Assembly: GCA_965215565.1 (NCBI GenBank)
Contig: CBDCDZ010000004.1
Coordinates: 1,088,001 to 1,152,000 of the forward strand
Direction: 5' to 3'
DNA from: Trueperaceae bacterium
Lineage (GTDB): Bacteria > Deinococcota > Deinococci > Deinococcales > Trueperaceae
DNA: 64,000 bases
Shown here: positions 41,043-50,582 of the stretch, in pieces
How positions within the stretch are numbered: position 1 is the first letter of the stretch
Layout of the letters: every line of letters begins with the position of its first letter
Notes under the pieces: generated by a model
What the model saw: the letters and a program-made list of their open reading frames with translations, nothing else
Database searches by the model: none
What the model was told of the DNA's origin: nothing
Program-made: the position numbers and the translations under genes

Positions 41043-42974
41043 CTAGTCGTTGGTGACGGGGACGGGCCCTAGCCCCACCTCTCGTCCGGTGATGTGCCGA
41101 ACGGGTACGAACTCGTTCTCCACGAGTTCGCAAAGCAGGTGCAGCACCAGCGTATGCACCTCTTGAATGCGCGGCGTATGGTGCTCGGGTACGACGAGGG
41201 GAAGGTCGGCGAGCCGCGCCGCTACGCCACCGTCCCTGCCGAGTAGGGCTAAAGTGATCATTCCCTTCGCCTTCGCCTCACGCAGCGCCCGGACGAGGTT
41301 TTCCGACGCGCCGCTCGTGCTGATGACGAGGAGCGCGTCGCCTGGTTGTCCAAGTGCCTGCACCTGCCGCGCGAACACGTCCGCGAAGCCTACGTCGTTC
41401 GCCCAAGCGGTCAGAACTGAGGTGTCCGTGTTGAGGGCGACGACGGGCAAGCCGGGACGCGCGTGCACGAGAAAGCGTCCGACGAGTTCGGCGGCCAAGT
41501 GCTGCGCGTCCGCTGCCGAGCCGCCGTTGCCGCAGACCAAGAGTTTGTTGCTATCTCGGAAGCAGCCCGTAAGGAGGCGGGCGGTTGCGGCAATAGGGGC
41601 ACGTAAGGTGGCGCGGGAGCGCTCGAGCGCCCGCACCGCGTCTGTGAAATTCTGGTCGATGGTGTCGGAGATGGTTGGCTCTAAGTCGTGTTCGAAGGGA
41701 TAGGGCTCGAGTCGAGGCTTCGGCGGCAACGCCACCTCTTCATACACGCGCCGCATCGCGCCCGCCACCTGCTCCCAGGTGAAGTCGCGCAGCACCCGCG
41801 CCCGCCCGCGCTTGCCCATCGCCTCGGCGCGTTTCGGATGGGCAAGCAAAAGGTTCAGCGCCTCGGCGAGTGTGTCCGGGTCTTTCGGCGGCACGAGGAG
41901 CCCCGTCTCGCCGTCCACGACGCTGTACTTCACGCCGCCGACGTTCGAGCCCACCACCGGGCGAGCGCACGCCATCGCCTCCAAAGGGGTAATACCAAAG
42001 GGCTCGTACCAGGGCGTAGTGACGAACACGTCAGCGGCAGCGTAGAGGTGTTTGAGGTCGCCTCTCGGTTTCTGACCCAAAAAGTGAATGCGCTCTGAGA
42101 CACCCACCTCGCTCGCTACCGCCTGCAGCCTTCCGATTTCAGGCGTCTTCACGGGGTCGGGCTCCGCCGACTCGCCGCCCACGACGAGCAGGTGCGCTTT
42201 CTCAACCTGTGCGAGCGCATGTACCACGGTCTCGACACCCTTGCGCGGGACCATGCGTCCGAGTTGGAGGAGGAGCGGGGCGTCTTGGGGCACGGTGGGT
42301 AGCTCGAGCTTAGAGCGTGCCTCCTCCTTATTCAGCGGTTCGAACTCATCAGGATCGAAGCCGCAAGGGATGAGGTGGATGCGTGAAGAGGGTGCACCGT
42401 AGAGGTTTGCCAGGTCGTCCACGTCCTGCGGGCACTCGGCGATGAGGGCGTCCGCCTCGCGCATGAGCCGCGCTTCGATGCTCATGCGTTCATCGGGAAA
42501 GGCGTCCGCCGCGCCCTGATGGAGCCTGCGCACCTTGCCGAGCGCGTGAAAGGTGACGACGAAGGGCGTGCCGGTACGCACCTTGAGGTCAGCGGCGACG
42601 AGCCCCGACAAAAAGAAGTTGGCGTGGAAGAGGTTGTAAGAACCTTCTCTCGCTGCGAACACCTCCACCCAATCTGTAAAGGCGTCCATGTAGGGCAGTA
42701 GCTGCTCTTTGGGCACATGGCAAGGCGGTCCGGCGGGAACGTGGACGACGCGCGCGCCCTCCCAAGGCACGATTTCCGCTTGCGAGGTGCAGGTGCGGCG
42801 GGTGAAGACGTCTACGCGCACGCCCGTCGCCGCGAGCCGCTTAGCGAGTTGCGCGACGTAGACGTTCTGCCCGCCCGCGTCCACGCCGCCCAAGGTCGCG
42901 AGGGGCGAGGCGTGGTCTGAAATTAGGGCGACTTTGAGCGACGGACGTTCGAGTGACGGACGTTCGCCTTTCAA
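41043..42974 (-). CDS. GT4 (MshA-like) glycosyltransferase fused to C-terminal GmhA-like SIS domain
   Basis: DAGGQNVYV, EPFGITPLEAMAC; then CGNGGSAADAQH, ISTSG, PRIQEVH. Confidence 0.88.
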   Translation of the reverse strand: MKGERPSLERPSLKVALISDHASPLATLGGVDAGGQNVYVAQLAKRLAATGVRVDVFTRRTCTSQAEIVPWEGARVVHVPAGPPCHVPKEQLLPYMDAFTDWVEVFAAREGSYNLFHANFFLSGLVAADLKVRTGTPFVVTFHALGKVRRLHQGAADAFPDERMSIEARLMREADALIAECPQDVDDLANLYGAPSSRIHLIPCGFDPDEFEPLNKEEARSKLELPTVPQDAPLLLQLGRMVPRKGVETVVHALAQVEKAHLLVVGGESAEPDPVKTPEIGRLQAVASEVGVSERIHFLGQKPRGDLKHLYAAADVFVTTPWYEPFGITPLEAMACARPVVGSNVGGVKYSVVDGETGLLVPPKDPDTLAEALNLLLAHPKRAEAMGKRGRARVLRDFTWEQVAGAMRRVYEEVALPPKPRLEPYPFEHDLEPTISDTIDQNFTDAVRALERSRATLRAPIAATARLLTGCFRDSNKLLVCGNGGSAADAQHLAAELVGRFLVHARPGLPVVALNTDTSVLTAWANDVGFADVFARQVQALGQPGDALLVISTSGASENLVRALREAKAKGMITLALLGRDGGVAARLADLPLVVPEHHTPRIQEVHTLVLHLLCELVENEFVPVRHITGREVGLGPVPVTND

Positions 42975-43960
42975 AAGGTCACCTCCTCATGACCTCTTGT
43001 CTCGTTTTTGGCACCCGTAGCGAGTTGAACAGCCTCTTCATACGCCGCCTCCCAGTCGCGTGCGAACCTCTCCACGCCGAAGCGTTTTGTCGCCACCTCT
43101 TTCGCTCCCGCCCCGAGCCGCGCGGCTTCCTCCGGGTGCTCGAGTAGCCGCTGCATCACCTCAATGAGCTTGCGCACGTCCGTGTCCACGTAGCCCGACA
43201 CGCCGTTCTGAACCACCGTCGCCATCTCCGTGGTCGCCAGCCCAACCACAGGCAGCCCGACGCGCATCGCCTCGCAGACGGCGAGCCCCAGCGAGGTGTA
43301 GCGAATGGGGTTGAAGAGGAAGCGGTACTGCGCGGCGACGTAGGGCAGCTCGCCGTGGGGCACTTCGCCTAAGCCCCCCACCGCTTCCGAGCCGTAGCCC
43401 ACGAGGTCTAAAGGGACGTGCTTGCGGACCTCTTGGAACACATCTAAACCTAAGCGGCGTCCTCTCGAGCCCAACCCATTGATGATGACGAGCCCGCGCG
43501 CCTTTTCGCCCGTGTAGTGCACGTCTTCTGGCACGCTGACGCCGTGCTCGACGACGCACGTAGGCGTGCGCCGCGCGTCCCACATCAGCGCGTTGAAGGG
43601 CGTGACGTGCGCGAGCAGCACGTGAGGGTCGTCTACGGGGTGCGGCGTGTTCGTCGGACTCTCCTGCGGTGGGTCGTGCTCCAAAAAGATACGGGGTAAG
43701 TGGCGCTGTGCGGGGCTCAGGTCGTTGTGTTGGTCCTCGGTCCAGTTCTTCGCGGACTGGTAGATCACCAAGTCAAGGTCTAAGTTTTTGATCTCTTCCG
43801 CCCGTACGTCCACCACATGCTCACCCCAACGCTCGCCGCCGAGACGCCCGCCGTAGCCCGGCGGCACGCCCTCCTTAACCGGCAGATAGTAACGGTGGTG
43901 CGCGTTACGAGTGAGGTAGTAGAGGTACGCCCCGTGGACGTGCCAGGTCAGAATGTTCAT
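42971..43960 (-). CDS. Glycosyltransferase family 4-like
   Basis: ILTWHVHG, YTSLGLAVCEAM..GLPVV. Confidence 0.85.
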   Translation of the reverse strand: MNILTWHVHGAYLYYLTRNAHHRYYLPVKEGVPPGYGGRLGGERWGEHVVDVRAEEIKNLDLDLVIYQSAKNWTEDQHNDLSPAQRHLPRIFLEHDPPQESPTNTPHPVDDPHVLLAHVTPFNALMWDARRTPTCVVEHGVSVPEDVHYTGEKARGLVIINGLGSRGRRLGLDVFQEVRKHVPLDLVGYGSEAVGGLGEVPHGELPYVAAQYRFLFNPIRYTSLGLAVCEAMRVGLPVVGLATTEMATVVQNGVSGYVDTDVRKLIEVMQRLLEHPEEAARLGAGAKEVATKRFGVERFARDWEAAYEEAVQLATGAKNETRGHEEVTF

Positions 43961-44963
43961 AGCTCCCCCCTAGAAGCGAATGCACCGCAGCTAAAACGGT
44001 TTCGGTCGATGCGTCTTGGTTCACGTCGATGGCGAGATGACGCGACGTATCCAGCGGAGCCCAGCGCGCCGGGTCGGTCTCGGAGAAGAGGACGACGCTG
44101 GGCGTCCGGGTCGCTGCCGCGAGGTGCGAGACACCCGTGTCGTTACAGATGAGCAACTGTGCATCTCCGAGTAGCGCGGCGAGCGTGCCCAATTCAGTTT
44201 TTCCGGCGAGGTTAATGGCGTCAGGTAGGAGCCGCTGTAACTGCCTCGCGAGCGCGACTTCTCCAGAGCTACCTGTGATAACGGCTTGAAGCCCCAACTT
44301 CTGCGCCGCTCGTCCAACCTCCGCGAACTGCGCGGCGGACCACCGCTTCGTTTCGCTCGCCGCGCCGGGGTGGAGGACGAGGTAGGGCGCGGTTACATCG
44401 TGCTCGAGCTTCGAACGCTCAACGTTGGCTCTGTCTTCAGGATTTATGGGAAAACTCAGCGCCGCATCTCCTACCTCAAAGCCCACATGCGACAGCAACC
44501 TCAACCAGCGCGTCACCTCGTGTTCGCGCTCGTTCCAAGGTAGAAAAAGCGGACCGGGCTGCACCTCTTCGGCTGAGTAAAAACCTGCGGTGAGCGGGGC
44601 GTCAAGCTCGAGCGCAAACACGTTACTCTCGGGTCCGCTGCCGTGGAGTTGAATAACGAGGTCAAAGCGTCCCCGCTGCGCGTCCATAAAAGCGCCCGAA
44701 CGCGCCGCGTCAAGAGGAACTTCTGGCAAGCCCGGCGCACCCGGAAAGGGCAAGAAGGCGTCCCATAATCTGTAACGTGACGACAAAGAATCCACCCAAG
44801 GGAGTCCGATAAACGTGATGTGCGTCCCCGGCAAACTCGCCTTCAACGCACGAAGCGCGGGCGTCGCACACAAGAAGTCGCCGAGACCGGGTAGCGCGCG
44901 GAGCACGGCGAGGCGGCGCACGCTGCCTCGCTTAAAGGTGTGGGCTTGAGAAGCGCTGAGCAC
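43905..44963 (-). CDS. Glycosyltransferase family 9
   Basis: GLGDFLCA, QLHGSG, HPGA...KRW, NDTGVSHLAAA. Confidence 0.88.
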   Translation of the reverse strand: MLSASQAHTFKRGSVRRLAVLRALPGLGDFLCATPALRALKASLPGTHITFIGLPWVDSLSSRYRLWDAFLPFPGAPGLPEVPLDAARSGAFMDAQRGRFDLVIQLHGSGPESNVFALELDAPLTAGFYSAEEVQPGPLFLPWNEREHEVTRWLRLLSHVGFEVGDAALSFPINPEDRANVERSKLEHDVTAPYLVLHPGAASETKRWSAAQFAEVGRAAQKLGLQAVITGSSGEVALARQLQRLLPDAINLAGKTELGTLAALLGDAQLLICNDTGVSHLAAATRTPSVVLFSETDPARWAPLDTSRHLAIDVNQDASTETVLAAVHSLLGGSYEHSDLARPRGVPLLPHS

Positions 44964-45125
44964 AGCGCAGTGTAAAAAACTTCACAACACATTTCATCGG
45001 GCAAACGCCTGAAATTTTAAGGTAGCTGGCTTACAGTCAGGGGCAGATGCACAGCGGCGAGGGTGATTGCACCCAGACGCTTTGCGCAGCCCCCGAAGCG
45101 TGAGCCGCGTGGCACGCGCCGTTAT

Positions 45126-46346
45126 TCAGCACGGTGCGGTGCGGGTACGGCGTATCTTCTTTGACGAGCGTTGCTCCGCGCCTTTGTGCAATTGCCTCAT
45201 GACGAGCGCCAAGCGAATCTGCACAGCGTCGTCGAAGCGCCTCGGGTCCATGCCGGTCAGCGAGGCGATCTTCTCTAAGCGGTACGAGAGCGTGTTGCGG
45301 TGGACACCTAGCACTTTAGCGGTGGCTGTCGGCTGGCAGTCGTGCTCGAAGAGGCACGCCAAAGTGCGCAGCAGCTCGGGCTCGTCGTCTAAAGGGCTCA
45401 GCAGAAAGGTGGCTAAGTCGGCTTTGGTGCGCTCGTCCGCCACGCCGATAAACGCGGCGATGCCCACCGAGTCGAGGCAGTGCACGTCGCCCTTCTGACC
45501 CAAGCGGCGTCCCAGCGAGAGTGCCGCTTTCGCGTCCGCGTAGGAGTGCTCGAGCCCGGCGAGCCCCCGGTGGTAACGCCCAACGCCGATGCTCACCCGC
45601 GCGCCCGTGTCCGCCGCCAAGCGCGCCACGAGCGCCGCCGCCGCCCGCTTGAGCGCGCCCAAGTCAGCCCAAGCCGACGCCTTGTCGCTCCCCTTGTCGT
45701 CCCCCGTATCCACCTGCGCCCAAGGCGCTAAGTTCTTCGCGTCGCTCGCTTTAAGGACCGCCACCTCGCCCGCACCGATGTAGGCGCAGATGGTGTCACT
45801 CGGCAGGTGGAAAAAGCGCACCACGCTGCCGATGATGTCGTCTGAGCGCGCCGCGCCGTCCGCGCCCAAGTACGCCTCCGCGCCGATGAGGAGCACGGCG
45901 CGGGGCGGCGCAAGGTCCATGCCAAGGATGCGCGCTTGGCGGTGGATGCTCTCCTCGTCCGAGACGTGCCCGCGCAAAAGGTCATGAACGAGCGTGTTCT
46001 TGAGGTCGCGCCCGCGCAAGCCCTCGAGCGTCATCTGGCTGATGATCAGCTCGAGCACCCCACGCACGAGCCGAGGGGAGTACGGGGCGCGGCTCGAGCC
46101 CGCCGCCGAATTCGCTACCGCACCCACCGCGCGCGCGCCCACGACTACGCGCCCTTCCCAAGCGCTGAAGCGCAGCGGCGTAAAGGGACGCGAGGCTGCG
46201 TCCGCCAGCACGCTGCCAGCGAACCCCGGTTCGCTGGCCGCCACCACCCGCCCTATCTGGTCGATGACGAAGACGCGCTCACCCAAGAGGTCCGCCGCCC
46301 GCTGGCTCACCCTCGTCGCCACCTCTTTGACCTGTTCCCTCATCAC
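45126..46346 (-). CDS. CdaR/PucR-family transcriptional regulator
   Basis: N-terminal sugar-diacid-recognition-like region, IGVG, C-terminal HTH TAKVLGVHRNTLSYRLEKI. Confidence 0.88.
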   Translation of the reverse strand: MMREQVKEVATRVSQRAADLLGERVFVIDQIGRVVAASEPGFAGSVLADAASRPFTPLRFSAWEGRVVVGARAVGAVANSAAGSSRAPYSPRLVRGVLELIISQMTLEGLRGRDLKNTLVHDLLRGHVSDEESIHRQARILGMDLAPPRAVLLIGAEAYLGADGAARSDDIIGSVVRFFHLPSDTICAYIGAGEVAVLKASDAKNLAPWAQVDTGDDKGSDKASAWADLGALKRAAAALVARLAADTGARVSIGVGRYHRGLAGLEHSYADAKAALSLGRRLGQKGDVHCLDSVGIAAFIGVADERTKADLATFLLSPLDDEPELLRTLACLFEHDCQPTATAKVLGVHRNTLSYRLEKIASLTGMDPRRFDDAVQIRLALVMRQLHKGAEQRSSKKIRRTRTAPC

Positions 46347-46507
46347 ACCACTCTCCCCCGTGAGGCACGCCGTCCCCTCATGCTACGCCCGGGGAAGCGG
46401 GGCAACTGTACTAAAAGTAGCAGTATAGATGGTGTGTTCGTCCCGCAAGACTAACAGAGGCGCAGGCGCGTTTTAGATGGTGGAGGGGTCCTTCTGTTAG
46501 CTCGAGC

Positions 46508-47161
46508 TTAACGTGCCAACAGCGCCTCCAAGGAGAGCCCCCTCAAATCCCTCAGCACGGCGTCCGCGCCGCGCAGCCGCTCCGGTGAGCCCAAACCGAC
46601 GACGCGGCACCCTGCGAGCTGCGCCGCCCTCACCCCCGCCGCGCCGTCCTCTACGACCAAACAGCGCTCAGCGGGGACGCCTAACTCGCGCACCACGCGC
46701 ACGTACAGCTCGGGCGCGGGCTTGCCGCGCGTCACGTCGGTGCCGTCGGCAAAGGCGCGAAAGAAAGGTCTGATGCCTAAGCGCGCGCAGATGAAGCGGG
46801 CGTTGCGGCTGCTCGAGGCGAGCCCGAGCGGAACGCCTCGCGCCTGCGCTTCCTCCAAAATGCTGCGCACCCCCGGCATCAAGTTCTCAGGACCGAAATC
46901 CCCGATAAGCTGTAAGTAGAGGCGGTTCTTCTCCGCTAAGAGGCGCTGTATGACCTCTTCGGGCAGCGTTCGCCCGTTCAATAGAGTCAGGAGCGAGTCG
47001 CGCCGCCCCAGGCTGCGTAACGACTCCAAGAGGGACAGCTCGAGCCCCACCCCCTCCCGCTCCGCCAAAAGCCGCCATGAGCGCTCATGCTGCGGCATGG
47101 TGTCTACCAACACGCCGTCCATGTCGAAGATGAGCGCGTCAGCGCGTCTAGCGGGGCGCAT
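46508..47161 (-). CDS. HAD hydrolase, beta-phosphoglucomutase-like
   Basis: IFDMDGVLVDT, LASSSRNA, GKPAPE, VEDG. Confidence 0.85.
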   Translation of the reverse strand: MRPARRADALIFDMDGVLVDTMPQHERSWRLLAEREGVGLELSLLESLRSLGRRDSLLTLLNGRTLPEEVIQRLLAEKNRLYLQLIGDFGPENLMPGVRSILEEAQARGVPLGLASSSRNARFICARLGIRPFFRAFADGTDVTRGKPAPELYVRVVRELGVPAERCLVVEDGAAGVRAAQLAGCRVVGLGSPERLRGADAVLRDLRGLSLEALLAR

Positions 47162-47316
47162 TACGTTTTCTGAGGAGAAACGGGATTTTAAGGAGAAACT
47201 GGGCAGAGGCCATGAGACAGACCTTACCGCGTCCGCCACGAAGGAATTGCGAAGGAAATAGGGAACCGACACCTAGCCCACACAGCGCAACGCGGTTTGC
47301 TAGATAAGGTGGAGTC

Positions 47317-48441
47317 ATGCTCCACGTCGGACCTCTTCTAAAAGATGTCAAGCGCATCGCCGTGGTGCGCGCGAACGGTTTGGGCGACCTCATCGTCGCC
47401 GAGCCCGCGCTGTTCGCCCTGCGCCGCGCCTACCCGGAGACCCACATCACGCTCGTCGGCGCGGCGCACAGCCGGGCGCTCTTACAAGGTAGACCTTTTC
47501 CGGTGGATGAAGTCGTCACCGCTCCGCTCGTGGCGGGCGTGCGCTACGCGAGCGGGCCGGACGCGCCGCCGGACGATACGCCCGAGGTAGTCGAGACTTT
47601 TTTTAGGGCGATGCGCCGCCGCCACTTCGACCTCGCTATTCAGCTTCACGGCGGCGGCGGCAACTCGAACCCCTTCACGGCGCGTTTGGGCGCACGCCTG
47701 AGCGCGGGGGCGCGGGCGAAGGACGCGCCGCCCTTAGACATCAACGTGCCCTACACCTTCTACCAACACGACGTGCTGCGCTGGTTGGAGGTCGTCGCGG
47801 CGGTAGGGGCACCGCCCGTGCGAATTTATCCGCAGTTGGAGGCAACCGCGCAGGATTTAGCGGAGGCTGACGCGCACCTCGCTCGAGCCGGGTACGACAC
47901 TGCGCGCCCGTTCGCGACCCTCCACCCCGGCGCGACCGATCCGCGCCGCCGCTGGCCGCCTGCGCACTTCGCGGGGCTCGCGGACGCGCTGCAAACGAGG
48001 GGCGTTCAGCCCGTGCTCGTCGGTGGGAAGGTGGACGCGCCGCTCGTTGCGGATATCAAACGCGCCGCGCGAAGACCGCTCCTCGACCTCTCGACAGGTC
48101 TCTCCTTGTCCGGCTTAGTCGGCGTCTTGAAACGCGCCGACCTCTTCGTCGGCAACGACTCCGGTCCGCGCCACCTCGCCGAAGCGGTCCGCACGAAGAC
48201 CGTCGGCGTCTTCACCAAGTCGAACCTCGTTGACGTCGCGCCGCTCTTTCGCGCCCGCAACCGCGCGGTGGTCTCCTGGCGGAGCCGCTGCGCGGTGTGC
48301 GGCACCGACGCCGTGACCGAGCCGCCCTGCACGCACGGCTCGAGCGTCCTGGCGGACGTGAGCGTGGACGAGGTGCTCGCCGAAGCTGTAGATTTGTTAG
48401 CTTCCGCAGACCAAAACGCCAAACCTGTAGGGCAGGTGTAG
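47317..48441 (+). CDS. Glycosyltransferase family 9
   Basis: RANGLGDL, QLHGGG, HPGATDPRRRWP, NDSGPRHLA. Confidence 0.88.
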   Translation: MLHVGPLLKDVKRIAVVRANGLGDLIVAEPALFALRRAYPETHITLVGAAHSRALLQGRPFPVDEVVTAPLVAGVRYASGPDAPPDDTPEVVETFFRAMRRRHFDLAIQLHGGGGNSNPFTARLGARLSAGARAKDAPPLDINVPYTFYQHDVLRWLEVVAAVGAPPVRIYPQLEATAQDLAEADAHLARAGYDTARPFATLHPGATDPRRRWPPAHFAGLADALQTRGVQPVLVGGKVDAPLVADIKRAARRPLLDLSTGLSLSGLVGVLKRADLFVGNDSGPRHLAEAVRTKTVGVFTKSNLVDVAPLFRARNRAVVSWRSRCAVCGTDAVTEPPCTHGSSVLADVSVDEVLAEAVDLLASADQNAKPVGQV

Positions 48442-49773
48442 ATGCACGCTGAAGAGGTGTTTTCGAAAGACACAACCCCTGAAGCGTCCCTCAAAGATAT
48501 ACGAATAGGGATGCTCGCGGGCTCGTACCAGCCCGCGCGGTGCGGCGTCGCGCACTACACCGCGCGGCTCAGGGAGGCGCTGGCGCGCGCGGGCGTCCAC
48601 GTCAGCCTCTACACGGACGCGGCGAGCGCCGCGCAAGATAGGCAAGCGCGCGGGCTAAAAGGCGGAGCGGAAGGGATTGCGAAAGGCGTGACGGGCGGCT
48701 GGACCTACCGCCACCTGCTCCCCTTAGCGAGGTCCATCCGCCGCGACGCCCCGGACCTGCTCCACATCCAGCACGCGGGCGGCACGTACGGCTTTCAGCG
48801 CGCGGTGTTCTTGCTGCCGCCGCTCTTACGGCATTTGGGGTACGGCGGGCGCATCGTCACCACCCTACACGAGTACGGCTGGTGGACCTGGTCTCTGCCT
48901 GCGCCCCTCGGGAGGTTCGACGCCCGCGCCCACGCACTCGCCCGCTGGGGTCAGCGGCGCGGCTGGTGGGACGAGGAGGACGGCTTTCTGCTCACGGGCA
49001 GCGACCACCTCATCACCACGAATACAGGCGCAGAAGGGGCGCTCCTGGCGCGTCTGCCGCACCTCGCGGCGCGCACCACGCGCGTGCCCGTCGGCGTCAA
49101 CATCACAGTTCAAGAAGCTGACCGAGAGGCTGACCGGGGCGCAGCTAGGGCGCACCTGCGCCGCCACTTAGGTTGGTCCGACGGGGCGCGCGTCGTCGCC
49201 TTCTTCGGCTTTCTGCACCCGGTCAAGGGGTTGGAGACGCTCCTACGCGCCTTTCCGCACGTGCTACAAAAGCAGCCCGAGACCCGCCTGCTCCTCATCG
49301 GCGGGGCGGAGAGCTTGGCGCTGCGCGGCGAAGAAGCCGCAAGCTACCGGGCGTCTTTAGAGCGCCTTGCCGAAACGCTAGGGCTCGGCGGCAAGGTGGC
49401 GCTGACGGGCTACGTCGCGGACGAAGCCGCCTCGAGCCTCCTCTGGGGTGCCGACTTGGGCGTGCTCCCCTTTAACCAAGGCGTCACCCTCAAAAGCGGC
49501 TCCCTCCTGACGCTATTAGCACACCACCTGCCCGTCGTCGGCACGCGCCCCGAAGAGGTCGAGCCCGCCCTAGCGCCCCTCCTCACCCTCGCGCCGCCCA
49601 AAGACGAGCGGGCACTCGCCAAGGCGCTCTTAGAACGCCTGCACACCCTAGACTCGAGCCGCCCCCTCACCGAAGCGGGGCAGGCGTTCGCGCAACGCTG
49701 CTCTTGGGAAACGGTAGCGCAGCAACACCTCGACATCTACAGGCGGCTCTGCGGCGCACCGGAACACCTTTAG
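48442..49773 (+). CDS. Glycosyltransferase family 4
   Basis: CGVAHYT, HIQH, TLHE, FFGFLHPVKG, SGSL. Confidence 0.85.
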   Translation: MHAEEVFSKDTTPEASLKDIRIGMLAGSYQPARCGVAHYTARLREALARAGVHVSLYTDAASAAQDRQARGLKGGAEGIAKGVTGGWTYRHLLPLARSIRRDAPDLLHIQHAGGTYGFQRAVFLLPPLLRHLGYGGRIVTTLHEYGWWTWSLPAPLGRFDARAHALARWGQRRGWWDEEDGFLLTGSDHLITTNTGAEGALLARLPHLAARTTRVPVGVNITVQEADREADRGAARAHLRRHLGWSDGARVVAFFGFLHPVKGLETLLRAFPHVLQKQPETRLLLIGGAESLALRGEEAASYRASLERLAETLGLGGKVALTGYVADEAASSLLWGADLGVLPFNQGVTLKSGSLLTLLAHHLPVVGTRPEEVEPALAPLLTLAPPKDERALAKALLERLHTLDSSRPLTEAGQAFAQRCSWETVAQQHLDIYRRLCGAPEHL

Positions 49774-50115
49774 CCTCGAGTGCCCACAGGTTCACCCGCT
49801 TGTGTATCGCAAGGACGCTCGAGCCCGTAATAGGCTCGAGCGCTCTGCTGTGGGGCGGAATCCTCGAGTCCATTTCTCAAAATCAGCTATCCAGACCTCT
49901 TCCCAAAACGTATAAACGGTTTTAGTAGCCGCCTACCCCTCTGCGAACTTCCTTACACCTCTTCCAACATGTGAAATTTGTAAGTTCTTTGTAAGAGTCC
50001 AGCGGCTAAACTCTTTTCTAGCAAGGGAGACACACTCCTGCGCTAACGAATTCCCACCGGAACAGCCGTTTTCATACATACTCTTTATCGGATGTTCCCA
50101 GAAAAGGAGCGCACC

Positions 50116-50472
50116 ATGCGCAACAATAAGAACAAAGGCTTCACCCTCATCGAACTCCTCATCGTCATCGCCATCATCGGCATCCTAGCAGCGGTTCTCA
50201 TCCCGAACTTGCTCTCGGCTCGCAACCGTGCAAATGACAGTGCCACTCAAGCCTTCCTCCGCAACTGCATCACGGCTGTCGAAGCTAATCGCGACGCAGT
50301 TAAGCAAACTCTTCCAGCTGATGGCGATTGCGCGACACTCATGGGTGTAACGCTGCCCGCTGCTGTAACTTCTGCAACGTACGATACTGACACCACAACC
50401 GACACTTATACAGCTGAAGCTACCTCTGTTACGACAACGAAGTTCACCTACAACGGTGTCGAAATTCAGTAA
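50116..50472 (+). CDS. Type IV pilin (major-pilin-like)
   Basis: AAGGAG RBS; KG/FTLIELLIVIAIIGILAA prepilin cleavage motif; two Cys. Confidence 0.93.
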   Translation: MRNNKNKGFTLIELLIVIAIIGILAAVLIPNLLSARNRANDSATQAFLRNCITAVEANRDAVKQTLPADGDCATLMGVTLPAAVTSATYDTDTTTDTYTAEATSVTTTKFTYNGVEIQ

Positions 50473-50494
50473 AAACCTAAAGTCTGATTCAAGC

Positions 50495-50533
50495 AAGCAG
50501 CCACCCTCAGCAATTATGCTAGGGTGGCTGCTT
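50495..50533 (+). terminator. Hairpin after first pilin
   Basis: AAGCAGCCACCCT ... AGGGTGGCTGCTT. Confidence 0.7.
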
Positions 50534-50582
50534 AACTGATAAAACTAAGCAACTTTCATGAGAGGAAGTAAAGGGTTCTGCT

